From IMG/VR virus record IMGVR_UViG_3300010362_000007, positions 1 to 43,579 of that record: a stretch of 43,579 nucleotides of DNA; one strand, written 5' to 3'. Shown piece by piece: positions 28,464-36,134 of the stretch; position 1 is the stretch's first letter, and every line of letters begins with the position of its first letter. The position numbers were made by a program, and so were the translations under genes. Origin of the DNA: a virus. Taxonomy: Duplodnaviria > Caudoviricetes. The notes beneath the pieces are model-generated. The model worked only from the letters and a program-made list of their open reading frames with translations, did no database searches and was not told where the DNA came from.

Positions 28464-28631
28464 ATGGCAACCAAGAAGTCCGCAGAGTCTGACGACGCCG
28501 GAGAGAAGGACCCTCGCGGTGCCTTCTCCGCAATCGAGGAACGACGCAAGCGGCGAGAAGAGGCGACCACGGTCGATGGCTCCGAGTCGGCCCAGTCCCT
28601 CCCGCCCGGTGAGGTAGCAGGCCCCGCATGA
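28464..28631 (+). CDS. Small hypothetical protein (55 aa)
   Basis: MATKKSAESDD...; ATGA overlap with the next gene. Confidence 0.6.
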   Translation: MATKKSAESDDAGEKDPRGAFSAIEERRKRREEATTVDGSESAQSLPPGEVAGPA

Positions 28632-29059
28632 GCGACCAGTACAACTACGGGCCACCCACCACCCAGGCTCCCCAAGGTGCTCCGGCCACGATCACCGGGG
28701 CCGAGGTCGAACCGGGCACCAGCTCCACCCCGCACACCCCGCCCGCGGGCACCGGCACCTCTTCAGGTACCAGCGGCTCAGCGAGTGAAGAGTCGGGACA
28801 GAACCCCGACTTCCAGTCCACGGTGACTGGGACCGCGCCGACCACTTCGGCCGGGGCGACCCCGACTGTCGTGTCGGTCAACGGGACCAAGTTCACCAAC
28901 AAGAGCGGGATCGTGCTCAACGGTGTGCTCATCCCCACCACCTACGTGTCGAGCACGCAGATCAGAGGCACGTTCACCGGTACCGCGGGGGCCAAGACGG
29001 TGAAGGTGCAGACCGGCACCTACCTGTCGGCCACCTCAGCCACCTACACGTTCACCTAG
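28628..29059 (+). CDS. Ig-like (IPT/TIG-type) domain protein
   Basis: Thr/Ser/Pro linker, then TVVSVNGTKFT..IVLNG..IPTTYVSSTQIRG..FT. Confidence 0.7.
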   Translation: MSDQYNYGPPTTQAPQGAPATITGAEVEPGTSSTPHTPPAGTGTSSGTSGSASEESGQNPDFQSTVTGTAPTTSAGATPTVVSVNGTKFTNKSGIVLNGVLIPTTYVSSTQIRGTFTGTAGAKTVKVQTGTYLSATSATYTFT

Positions 29060-29075
29060 AACACGTTCACCTAGA
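29046..29075 (+). repeat. 15-bp tandem duplication
   Basis: ACACGTTCACCTAGA x2 spanning the stop codon. Confidence 0.85.
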
Positions 29076-29111
29076 AGCAGGTGCAGATGGCCTACACACG
29101 GGCAACCAAGC

Positions 29112-29435
29112 GTGCCGGACGTTGAGACCGCACGGTTCGACGCCGAACCCGAAGACTCCTGGCATCCACTCGACTCCGTAGACGATCTGCTCGAAGACAT
29201 CCGGCGACGGCTGCAACGTCTCGGTGCCTACCTCGACCAGCTCCCCAACGAGCAACGGGAAGCGCTGATGGCCCGGATATTGGACACGGTGGCCTACCTC
29301 CGACAGCACGAACTGTCAGAAGACGAACGGCGTCATCTCGAACTGATCGACCCCGACCTCAGCTACATCGCCGGACGGATCACGGCCGGACTGCTCGGTT
29401 CCCTGCACGGCCAGGACGAGTTCGATCATGGGTAG
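29112..29435 (+). CDS. Hypothetical protein
   Basis: 107 aa helical ORF overlapping the endolysin start. Confidence 0.6.
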   Translation: MPDVETARFDAEPEDSWHPLDSVDDLLEDIRRRLQRLGAYLDQLPNEQREALMARILDTVAYLRQHELSEDERRHLELIDPDLSYIAGRITAGLLGSLHGQDEFDHG

Positions 29436-30285
29436 CGTGTACCTCACCTGGCTGGCCGACCGGCTGCGCGGAGCCGGGCTGCGGGTGGTCGAGTGCGACG
29501 GATGGAAGACCCGTTCACGTTCCAGCGGAGGCTACGAATCGGGCCGACCGTGGTGCGTGATGTGGCATCACACTGCGTCGGCCACCGGAGGGTCCGCGGC
29601 CAACGACGTGGCCTACATGCTCAACCCGTCCAACGACGCCTACCCGACCGCCAACTTGTACATCGCCCGTGACGGTGAGGTGTGGGTGATGGCAGCAGGG
29701 GCGACCAACACCAACGGCAAAGGCTCGGGTGAGCGCACCACCTCCAAAGGCACTGTGCCTGCCGACTCGATGAACACCTACGCGGTCGGAATGGAGATCG
29801 GCAATAACGGGGTCGGTGAGCCGTACAGCCAAGCTTGCATCGACGCCGCCTTCATGACCTCACTCGTGGTCACCGAGAACTGTGGACTGTTGTCCACTGA
29901 TGTCATCCACCACCAGGCGTACGCCCCGGACCGCAAGGTGGACCCGGCTACCGCGACTGCCGTACAGGGTGGATGGAAACCACGGTCGGTGACCGGTTCG
30001 GGCACCTGGTCACTGGACGATCTGCAAGCGGAATGCCAACGCCGTTACGGCGATGGCGGCAGCACGCAAGGAGAAGACGACATGCCATTGACCCAGGACG
30101 ACATCGACAAGATCGCCAAAGCTGTCTGGTCGTATCAGGTGGGCGACGGGCAGGGCAACGTCCAAACGTCGTCGTGGTGGATCACCCGCATCCACGGGAT
30201 CACCCGTCGTTTCCTCGGTGCCTGGGCCAAGGGGGACCCGCCCAACTCGACGCAGTTGAACGACATCTGGAACAAGGTGAAGTGA
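29428..30285 (+). CDS. Endolysin, N-acetylmuramoyl-L-alanine amidase (Amidase_2-like)
   Basis: VMWHHTAS, ANLYIARDGEVWVMAAG, GMEIGNNG, HHQAYAPDRKVDP zinc-amidase motifs. Confidence 0.9.
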   Translation: MGSVYLTWLADRLRGAGLRVVECDGWKTRSRSSGGYESGRPWCVMWHHTASATGGSAANDVAYMLNPSNDAYPTANLYIARDGEVWVMAAGATNTNGKGSGERTTSKGTVPADSMNTYAVGMEIGNNGVGEPYSQACIDAAFMTSLVVTENCGLLSTDVIHHQAYAPDRKVDPATATAVQGGWKPRSVTGSGTWSLDDLQAECQRRYGDGGSTQGEDDMPLTQDDIDKIAKAVWSYQVGDGQGNVQTSSWWITRIHGITRRFLGAWAKGDPPNSTQLNDIWNKVK

Positions 30286-30518
30286 TCCAGCTGCGTGATC
30301 GCAACACCCCCGATCTGGTGGTGCTCGCGATCACGCTCATCATCGGCTTCATCCTGGTGCTGTCCGCGATCAGCGTGCTCGTGCTGGAGCTGGTCCACCC
30401 CGAGGCCGACACCATCGAGATCGTCCGGGTCGAGGGCGAGGTCCTCGGTGTACTGGTCGGGGCATTGGTCGGTTTCATCGGGGGTCGGGCTACCGGTCGA
30501 GCGGAGGCAACGGAATGA
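30282..30518 (+). CDS. Holin-like membrane protein (2 TM)
   Basis: GTGA overlap with the endolysin; two hydrophobic segments. Confidence 0.65.
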   Translation: MIQLRDRNTPDLVVLAITLIIGFILVLSAISVLVLELVHPEADTIEIVRVEGEVLGVLVGALVGFIGGRATGRAEATE

Positions 30519-30581
30519 CCACTGCATTAGCGATCACGCTCACCGTGTTCACCCTCACGGTGGCCCGAAAGAAGGTGATGA

Positions 30582-30746
30582 ATGCCCGCAAGTAGATTCA
30601 CCAAGAAGGCGACCACACCGAAGTTGAAGCGGCAGTGGGATCACGTCTACTCCGACGCCAAAGCCCGCGGTCAGTCTCCTGGCGCAGCTGTCCGACAGGC
30701 CAACGCGGCGGTGAAGAAGAACTCCCGAGGCAGTCGTGCTCGCTGA
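30582..30746 (+). CDS. Small basic ChaB-like protein (54 aa)
   Basis: KLKRQWDHVYSDAKARG..AAVRQANAAVKK helical hairpin pattern. Confidence 0.5.
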   Translation: MPASRFTKKATTPKLKRQWDHVYSDAKARGQSPGAAVRQANAAVKKNSRGSRAR

Positions 30747-30924
30747 CATCGCCCACGGTCACACCGACGCCGCCGACGTGCTGTTCCTCATCGGGGCCAT
30801 CTTGATCGGGCTGGCCGCAGTGTTCGAGTACCGGGCCGGGACACTCAACGGGGGCAAGCCGGGTTCGGGGGTGTTGCTCGCCAGTGGCCTGTGCCTCGTG
30901 AGCATCGGGTGGCTGATCCTGTAG
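30736..30924 (+). CDS. Membrane protein (2 TM)
   Basis: 62 aa with two hydrophobic helices. Confidence 0.65.
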   Translation: MLADIAHGHTDAADVLFLIGAILIGLAAVFEYRAGTLNGGKPGSGVLLASGLCLVSIGWLIL

Positions 30925-31178
30925 ACGACGACCCTCGCCCGGAAACGGTCGTTCGGATCGTCACCGTCATCTGTCTCACCGTCATCGTCATCGTCGCCCT
31001 CATCGGGATCACGGTCACCGCGAACCTGACCGACCGCGATGTCCACTACGCCGAGGGGCTGAGCTTCGGAGGGACGGTCGTGATCGCCGTGCTGGGCGGG
31101 TTCACCTTCGCCAGTCTGCGCCGCCATCGGCGGCGGCACTGGCGGATCGAACACGACGAGGAAGGCGACGACGAATGA
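30909..31178 (+). CDS. Membrane protein (2 TM), holin/antiholin candidate
   Basis: Two TM segments and a charged C-terminal tail. Confidence 0.65.
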   Translation: MADPVDDDPRPETVVRIVTVICLTVIVIVALIGITVTANLTDRDVHYAEGLSFGGTVVIAVLGGFTFASLRRHRRRHWRIEHDEEGDDE

Positions 31179-31627
31179 AACGACTAGTCCTGATCGCCGC
31201 GCTCGTGGCTGTGATCGGCTGTACGCCACGGGAAGAAGCGGCCTGGTTCCGCTGGCATCGACTCGACCCAGGTGCTGCAGTCGAATATCTCTACGACCAC
31301 AGAATCGCTGACCGCCCCGACCACCGGGGCGAAGCCGACCGTGAGGTCACGCTTGGAGGCCAGTGCTCCCAGTGGAGCGACGAGGCTCTCGCCGCGGGTT
31401 GGACCGCGCAGCAGTGGCCGACAGTGGATCGGATCATGTGGGCCGAGTCACGGTGTGATCCGGGTGCGTACAACGGACGGTCAGGGGTGGCCGGTCTGAT
31501 GCAGATTCATCCGCTGTGGAGAGCGGACCCCGAATGCGCCGTGAACTTGTACGACGCGTACCTGAATCTACGGTGCGCGCTCCACGTCTGGCACGTCCAG
31601 GGCTGGCAGGCGTGGGTTACGTACTAG
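31175..31627 (+). CDS. Lipoprotein lytic transglycosylase (SLT domain)
   Basis: Signal/lipobox LIAALVAVIG-C; catalytic IMWAESRCDP, GLMQI, NLRCA..GWQAW. Confidence 0.85.
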   Translation: MKRLVLIAALVAVIGCTPREEAAWFRWHRLDPGAAVEYLYDHRIADRPDHRGEADREVTLGGQCSQWSDEALAAGWTAQQWPTVDRIMWAESRCDPGAYNGRSGVAGLMQIHPLWRADPECAVNLYDAYLNLRCALHVWHVQGWQAWVTY

Positions 31628-31651
31628 GTGCTGAACAGCGGTTCGATTCGG

Positions 31652-31822
31652 TCACTCGGCATCGGCGTGCCACTGTTCGTGTCGGTCGCGGTGCGATCGG
31701 TAGCCGTCCCAATCGATGACGGTCGCGCCGCAGAGTCGGCAGATGTACCACTCGGCTGAGTTGATCGAAGCGGACGCGCCGCGCACGTCGGGGATGGAAC
31801 TGAACAGCGGTTCAGCAGTCAC
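31652..31822 (-). CDS. Small zinc-finger-like protein (56 aa)
   Basis: MTAEPLFSS..CRLC..HRDRHEQWH; GTGA overlap with the upstream gene. Confidence 0.65.
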   Translation of the reverse strand: MTAEPLFSSIPDVRGASASINSAEWYICRLCGATVIDWDGYRSHRDRHEQWHADAE

Positions 31823-31989
31823 TTCTGCACCTCATAAGCGGGCGTGTCAATCCACACCACGCCGTCAGGCATGAACCGTGCGCCGACATACGCAGTCCAG
31901 GGGTAAGTGGTGTTGTCCACGATCCACCCCATCGACTCCGCTTCGTCGGCATTGGTAGGGAACAGCGGTTCGGTAGCGGGATCAGGCAT
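31819..31989 (-). CDS. Small hypothetical protein (56 aa)
   Basis: MPDPATEPLFPT...; overlapping start/stop with neighbours. Confidence 0.65.
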   Translation of the reverse strand: MPDPATEPLFPTNADEAESMGWIVDNTTYPWTAYVGARFMPDGVVWIDTPAYEVQK

Positions 31990-32227
31990 CACCGTTCTCG
32001 CCTTCGAGTCGGCGGATGTGGTTGTCCGCGATGACGAGCGCGCAGGCGAGATACCACGGGTCAGCCTCGGTCATGAGCACGCTGTACCACGCGTCGATCT
32101 TGGCGTCCTGGCTGTCGTTCTCGATCCACGGTCGAGCGACCCGATCCGTGAAGTCACGCCAGTCCCGATACTTGGTGCCGAGCGGCGGCGCGTCGGGCGG
32201 GCGGATGGACTCTCGCTTGCGCTTCAC
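31982..32227 (-). CDS. Hypothetical protein
   Basis: 81 aa; GGAGG RBS. Confidence 0.65.
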   Translation of the reverse strand: MKRKRESIRPPDAPPLGTKYRDWRDFTDRVARPWIENDSQDAKIDAWYSVLMTEADPWYLACALVIADNHIRRLEGENGDA

Positions 32228-32287
32228 GTCGCCTCCCGCGAATGGAACGGCGGTTCTAAATCAGTCTGATCCATCGCGCCCGGTGCC

Positions 32288-32569
32288 TCACTCATCGTCA
32301 ACCCCCTCGCCATACACCATCGCGTGCAGCGCTTTGGCCTCGGCCCACCGGTAGGTGTCCTTGGGCAGCCCGACACGGGCGTCAGGGTCGCGTTGCATCA
32401 ACTCCATCGTGGTGAACATCAGCATCACCATCAGATGGCTGTTGTCCTCGACCAGCTCGTCAGCTGTCGCGGTGGCCCGCTTCATCAGCCGCCACAGCCA
32501 TAGGATGACAATCCAGTTGATGACGATTACGACCCAGGTCACCAGCCGGAGCATGAACAGTGCGCTCAT
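32288..32569 (-). CDS. Membrane-anchored hypothetical protein
   Basis: N-terminal TM helix; GAGG RBS. Confidence 0.65.
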   Translation of the reverse strand: MSALFMLRLVTWVVIVINWIVILWLWRLMKRATATADELVEDNSHLMVMLMFTTMELMQRDPDARVGLPKDTYRWAEAKALHAMVYGEGVDDE

Positions 32570-32602
32570 CGGTACCTCTCATCTGCAGTCCTACCTGCAG
32601 TC

Positions 32603-32956
32603 CTAGCCGCGGAGGTACCCCACGATAGTCGGGTTGTCCTCGCAGACCCGACCAAGCCTGGCCACGGCCCGCTGGGCAATACGATGGGTGCGCGACTTGT
32701 GTATCCCGAGTCGGTCGGCCAATGCCCGTACGGTGATCCCCTCGAACCAGATGGCTTCGAGCACGAATCGGTCCTCGTCACCGAGCTGATCGAGACAGTC
32801 CACGACCGCCTCCCGCAGCACGCGCACCCGGTCAAGCTCGCCGTTGGGTTCATCGCCCCACATCATCGCTTCGAGATCCGAGTCGAATCGGGAACCGAAA
32901 CGAATCGGTGGTGATGCAGACCAGTCTGCAAAGACCGTGGGAATCTCGACGGCCAC
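32603..32956 (-). CDS. Sigma-70 region-4-like HTH protein
   Basis: LREAVVDCLDQLGDEDRFVLEAIWFEGITVRALADRLGIHKSRTHRIAQRAVARL matches the sigma r4 pattern; no region 2 seen. Confidence 0.8.
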   Translation of the reverse strand: MAVEIPTVFADWSASPPIRFGSRFDSDLEAMMWGDEPNGELDRVRVLREAVVDCLDQLGDEDRFVLEAIWFEGITVRALADRLGIHKSRTHRIAQRAVARLGRVCEDNPTIVGYLRG

Positions 32957-32987
32957 CGAACCCGAAGTATTGCATACAGCAGGTTTC

Positions 32988-33212
32988 CTAGAACAGAGCG
33001 GGCTGTAAACCTTGTCCTTTGGCCTGGGCCACCTCGATGCACGTCTTACACGCGTACCGCCCCGTCCGTTCCGACAGGGTGACCGCGTTACCCCCGCCTT
33101 GGCTGCGGTTCTTCACCCACCCCGAGGTGTGGGCGTACACGCCAGGGCGGCGGGCGTCGAGCAGTTGATCGCAGAACTCGCAGTGCACGCGGAACCGTTC
33201 GGGGATGTTCAT
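32988..33212 (-). CDS. Small zinc-binding protein
   Basis: CEFC and CKTC motifs; GGAGG RBS. Confidence 0.7.
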   Translation of the reverse strand: MNIPERFRVHCEFCDQLLDARRPGVYAHTSGWVKNRSQGGGNAVTLSERTGRYACKTCIEVAQAKGQGLQPALF

Positions 33213-33249
33213 CAGGACCCTCCTACGGGCGTGAGCCTGTGGCCCACGG

Positions 33250-33597
33250 TTACAACTTGTAGACGTAGAGCCGACCGATCTGGCGGTCGTCCCGCCAGGC
33301 CACTTTGTTCAAGGCGTCCATTACCAACTTGGCGTAGTTGTCGATGTCACCCAGGTTGAGCTTCTTGCAGGAGGGGGGGTTACACGGGATCACCGTCACC
33401 TCCACGAACGTGTCGGCCAGCAGGATCACCACCTCGATGGGACCTTCGATGGGCTTGCCCACCCACTGTTTGCCCAGGTTCTTCTCCGCTTCCTTGGTCG
33501 GGGCCGGGGTGTAGGTGCGGAACTGGCCGTTGTTGTACGTAGTGCGGGGCCGACCCTTGGCCCGCGGCGTCCACAACAGGCGTTGCTGGACGGTCAC
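33250..33597 (-). CDS. rusA: RusA-family Holliday junction resolvase
   Basis: PRAKGRPR..YTP, DIDNYAKLVMDALNKVAWRDDRQI catalytic motif; start reassigned to GTG 33597. Confidence 0.9.
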   Translation of the reverse strand: MTVQQRLLWTPRAKGRPRTTYNNGQFRTYTPAPTKEAEKNLGKQWVGKPIEGPIEVVILLADTFVEVTVIPCNPPSCKKLNLGDIDNYAKLVMDALNKVAWRDDRQIGRLYVYKL

Positions 33598-33815
33598 CGC
33601 GGCACCTTGCGGCCGCAGTGCCGACATTGGTACAGGTTCAGCCCGGCCCAGATCCCTCCGACCAGCTCGGGACGCGAGGTCTTGCAGTGGCAGGTTTGGT
33701 CGTATGGGTCGGTGTCCTCGTGCAGCCAGCGATGGCCGAGACCATGACGGCACCGCCAGCAGTACCGGTGCCGGTCCCCGGTGTCCCGCCCGCACCCGTA
33801 GCAGGGCAGTCTCAC
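33594..33815 (-). CDS. Cys-rich zinc-binding protein
   Basis: CYGC, CWRC, CHC and CRHC motifs. Confidence 0.65.
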   Translation of the reverse strand: MRLPCYGCGRDTGDRHRYCWRCRHGLGHRWLHEDTDPYDQTCHCKTSRPELVGGIWAGLNLYQCRHCGRKVPR

Positions 33816-34732
33816 CGCTTGTACCGCTGGCCGAAGCTCGGGGCTTCGTACGCCTTGTCGATGATCCGCTGCATGATTGCAGTGCCTGATTCGCCTCGAT
33901 CCAAGAACTGCTTGCCCCAGCGTTGGTCGGCCGAGGCGAGCACCGCCGCCGCCGTGTCAGGGGGCACGTCGCGGTCGGCCATGCACCGGGCCAAGAACAC
34001 CAAGGTGGTCGAACGGTCGTTGCCCATCAGCGGACCGTCCCGCCAGATCCGGTAGGCCAGCCCACCGATGTTGGCCACCGCGTCCTCCATTTGCAGTCCG
34101 GCCTCGAAATCCACAGAGATATCCACTCGTTGTGGATCAGGCAGCAGTTCGGCCAGCCCTTCGAGCAGCGGAGTGGGGGCACGGAGCCGGTGCATGTCGG
34201 CCAGGAACCCGCGCAGCGGGACGCTCGGGTCTACCCCCTCGAACAGTCGGGATTCGGGGGACGAGGCGCAGTACCCGTTGAACGGGAGCCGCACGTAGTT
34301 GCCCAGGGCGGGGGAGCGCACCCGTATCTGCTTGGGGAACACCTCCTTGGGGGCGTACCCGACCGCCTGGCACGCCGCGGTCAACGCTTTCTTCATCGTC
34401 CGGGCCGACACCAGGAACTCGGCGGGGAACACCCATACGTGGTAGCCCCGGGTGGTCTGCTCGATCCACGCCGGGACCCCCTTGAAGTGGAGTGAGGCAC
34501 GCAGGTTCCGGGCCAGCCCGTAGTCGTCGGTGTCGATGTCGATGCAGCCCCAGCTGCAGCGGTCCCCGATCACGTTGTACACGCCGATCCAGTCAGCCGG
34601 GTCGGCTGAGGTCAGGTGACGCTCGAAGTGGTGGGGGGTCAGCGGTTCACGGATGCTGCCCCCCTCCCATGATCCGTAGGCGTCGGCCCGACCGCGGAAC
34701 AGGCGGATGAAGGTGTCCACACAGTGAATCAC
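33812..34732 (-). CDS. Archaeo-eukaryotic primase (AEP / prim-pol) family protein
   Basis: FRGRADAYG, CIDIDTDD (DxD), TTRGYHVWVF, GNYVRLP motifs; C-terminal helical DRS domain. Confidence 0.85.
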   Translation of the reverse strand: MIHCVDTFIRLFRGRADAYGSWEGGSIREPLTPHHFERHLTSADPADWIGVYNVIGDRCSWGCIDIDTDDYGLARNLRASLHFKGVPAWIEQTTRGYHVWVFPAEFLVSARTMKKALTAACQAVGYAPKEVFPKQIRVRSPALGNYVRLPFNGYCASSPESRLFEGVDPSVPLRGFLADMHRLRAPTPLLEGLAELLPDPQRVDISVDFEAGLQMEDAVANIGGLAYRIWRDGPLMGNDRSTTLVFLARCMADRDVPPDTAAAVLASADQRWGKQFLDRGESGTAIMQRIIDKAYEAPSFGQRYKR

Positions 34733-34741
34733 TTCGATTCA
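34725..34741. promoter_or_regulatory. Palindromic box
   Basis: TGAATC ACTTC GATTCA; contains the stop of the 34739-34903 gene and the primase start region. Confidence 0.8.
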
Positions 34742-34903
34742 CACCTTCTTCAGCCGGGGGTTCTTACGCTTCGCCGCGCCAGACGCCCTTCGAGAGGATG
34801 CGGCCAGGATTGCACCGGCCCGGTCCTTGCTGATCCCCTGCTGACGGGCGATCTTGGCCTGGACATTGCCGAAACCGGGGTGCTTCTTCGTGCTCTTCGC
34901 CAT
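34739..34903 (-). CDS. Small very basic protein (54 aa)
   Basis: MAKSTKKHPGFGNVQAKIARQQGISKDRAGAILAASSRRASGAAKRKNPRLKKV; GGGGG RBS. Confidence 0.7.
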   Translation of the reverse strand: MAKSTKKHPGFGNVQAKIARQQGISKDRAGAILAASSRRASGAAKRKNPRLKKV

Positions 34904-34904
34904 T

Positions 34905-35072
34905 TCACCCCCCCTCGCTGTACTGGTCTTGTTCGATCACGTCCTCTTCTTCGATCTCGAACGACATCTGGCCCATCTCGGCCCAGCAGTCTTCGCACAC
35001 GTCCGAGACCGTGGAGTAATGCACTTGGTTGCATCGGCGGCACCACTTCTTCGCAGCTTGCAGCCCTACCAT
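34905..35072 (-). CDS. Small zinc-finger protein with acidic tail
   Basis: CRRC..CEDC; start at ATG 35072 after GGGAGG. Confidence 0.6.
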   Translation of the reverse strand: MVGLQAAKKWCRRCNQVHYSTVSDVCEDCWAEMGQMSFEIEEEDVIEQDQYSEGG

Positions 35073-36091
35073 CGGGCCTCCCTTTCGTCGTCGTCCACCA
35101 CGCGCAGCCTCGCTTTGGCTACGTACTGGCGGGGGAGATGGCCTTCGAGGGGCCGTAGCGCGCCAGTCGCATGGTCCAGCTCGAAATCCACCTCCCCCAC
35201 CAGTCGTCCCCCGGGCCGCTTGTTCTTGGTCAGGTTGACGGTGAGCGTGTACTCGTGGATCAGCCGTTCGTGAGTGAGCAACGCCAGCCGATCCTGAGTC
35301 CACGACGACAGGTCACCTCGGCGTGTGAGTTCGTCAATCTCCGCTTCCAAGGCAGCCTTCTTCCGTCTCACCCCGAGTTGGAAGGTGGCCCAGGTCTCGC
35401 CCCCGAAGTTCCCCGAGTCGATCCTCATCGCCTGGCCCCGCGACCCCGCGGCACGGGAGGTCTGGTGCAACACGACGAGAGGGATCTCGAAGTCGGAAGC
35501 GAATGCTTTCACCGCGTCGGCCCGACCGGACAGGTCGCCCGACTGCAGCAGATCGAGAAAGTCCAAGATCACCACGTCGGCGTCTTCGGACCACACTTCC
35601 CGAGCCTCTTCGTAACAGGCCCGCATGATCCGGGGGGTGATCGGACGGTCGAAGATCAACAGGTTGGGGAAGTGTTCGACAGTCTCATGCACCAGCCGCA
35701 ACGCTTCGGGGTCATAACCCGCCACCCGGGCCTCCAGCTGGGCCACGGGGATCCCGAACACCAACGCGGCCAGCTTGATCAACACCAACGGGGCGGGTTC
35801 GTCGGGACTGAACAGGGCGATGCGTCGCCCGGCGTTGTTGGCGACCATGTTCAACGTCAACAGGGTCTTGCCCGAATGGGCATAGCCGGTGACGAAGGTG
35901 AGATGGCCCGGAGACATGCCCCGCATCTCGCGATCGAACGGCTCGAAGCCGAGACACACCCGGCCGGACTGGGCTTCGGTGATGACACGCCTGGCGGCGT
36001 CGGACAGAGGTCGTACGTGCTGCAGGGAGGCTGTTGCTTCAACCAGCTGCCATCCTGCTGCCACCTCTTGGGGTGACAGCAGCTCAGTCAC
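35066..36091 (-). CDS. DnaB-like replicative helicase
   Basis: Walker A GYAHSGKT, FSPDE, VILDFLDLL, LHQTSR, KNKR motifs. Confidence 0.9.
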   Translation of the reverse strand: MTELLSPQEVAAGWQLVEATASLQHVRPLSDAARRVITEAQSGRVCLGFEPFDREMRGMSPGHLTFVTGYAHSGKTLLTLNMVANNAGRRIALFSPDEPAPLVLIKLAALVFGIPVAQLEARVAGYDPEALRLVHETVEHFPNLLIFDRPITPRIMRACYEEAREVWSEDADVVILDFLDLLQSGDLSGRADAVKAFASDFEIPLVVLHQTSRAAGSRGQAMRIDSGNFGGETWATFQLGVRRKKAALEAEIDELTRRGDLSSWTQDRLALLTHERLIHEYTLTVNLTKNKRPGGRLVGEVDFELDHATGALRPLEGHLPRQYVAKARLRVVDDDEREARW

Positions 36092-36134
36092 GAGTCAGGC
36101 CCTGTCCAGACCCGTGCGCGGAGCAGTTGCTCGG

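Larger units (their letters stand above)
31633..32256. repeat. Four copies of the 12-bp palindrome GAACAGCGGTTC
   Basis: 31633-31644, 31802-31813 and 31960-31971 identical; 32245-32256 GAACGGCGGTTC. Confidence 0.85.

Noticed and set aside
33812-34732. TOTE-type conflict system suggested by the primase domain
   Set aside because: The gene sits in an ordinary helicase-primase-RusA replication operon with no partner conflict genes
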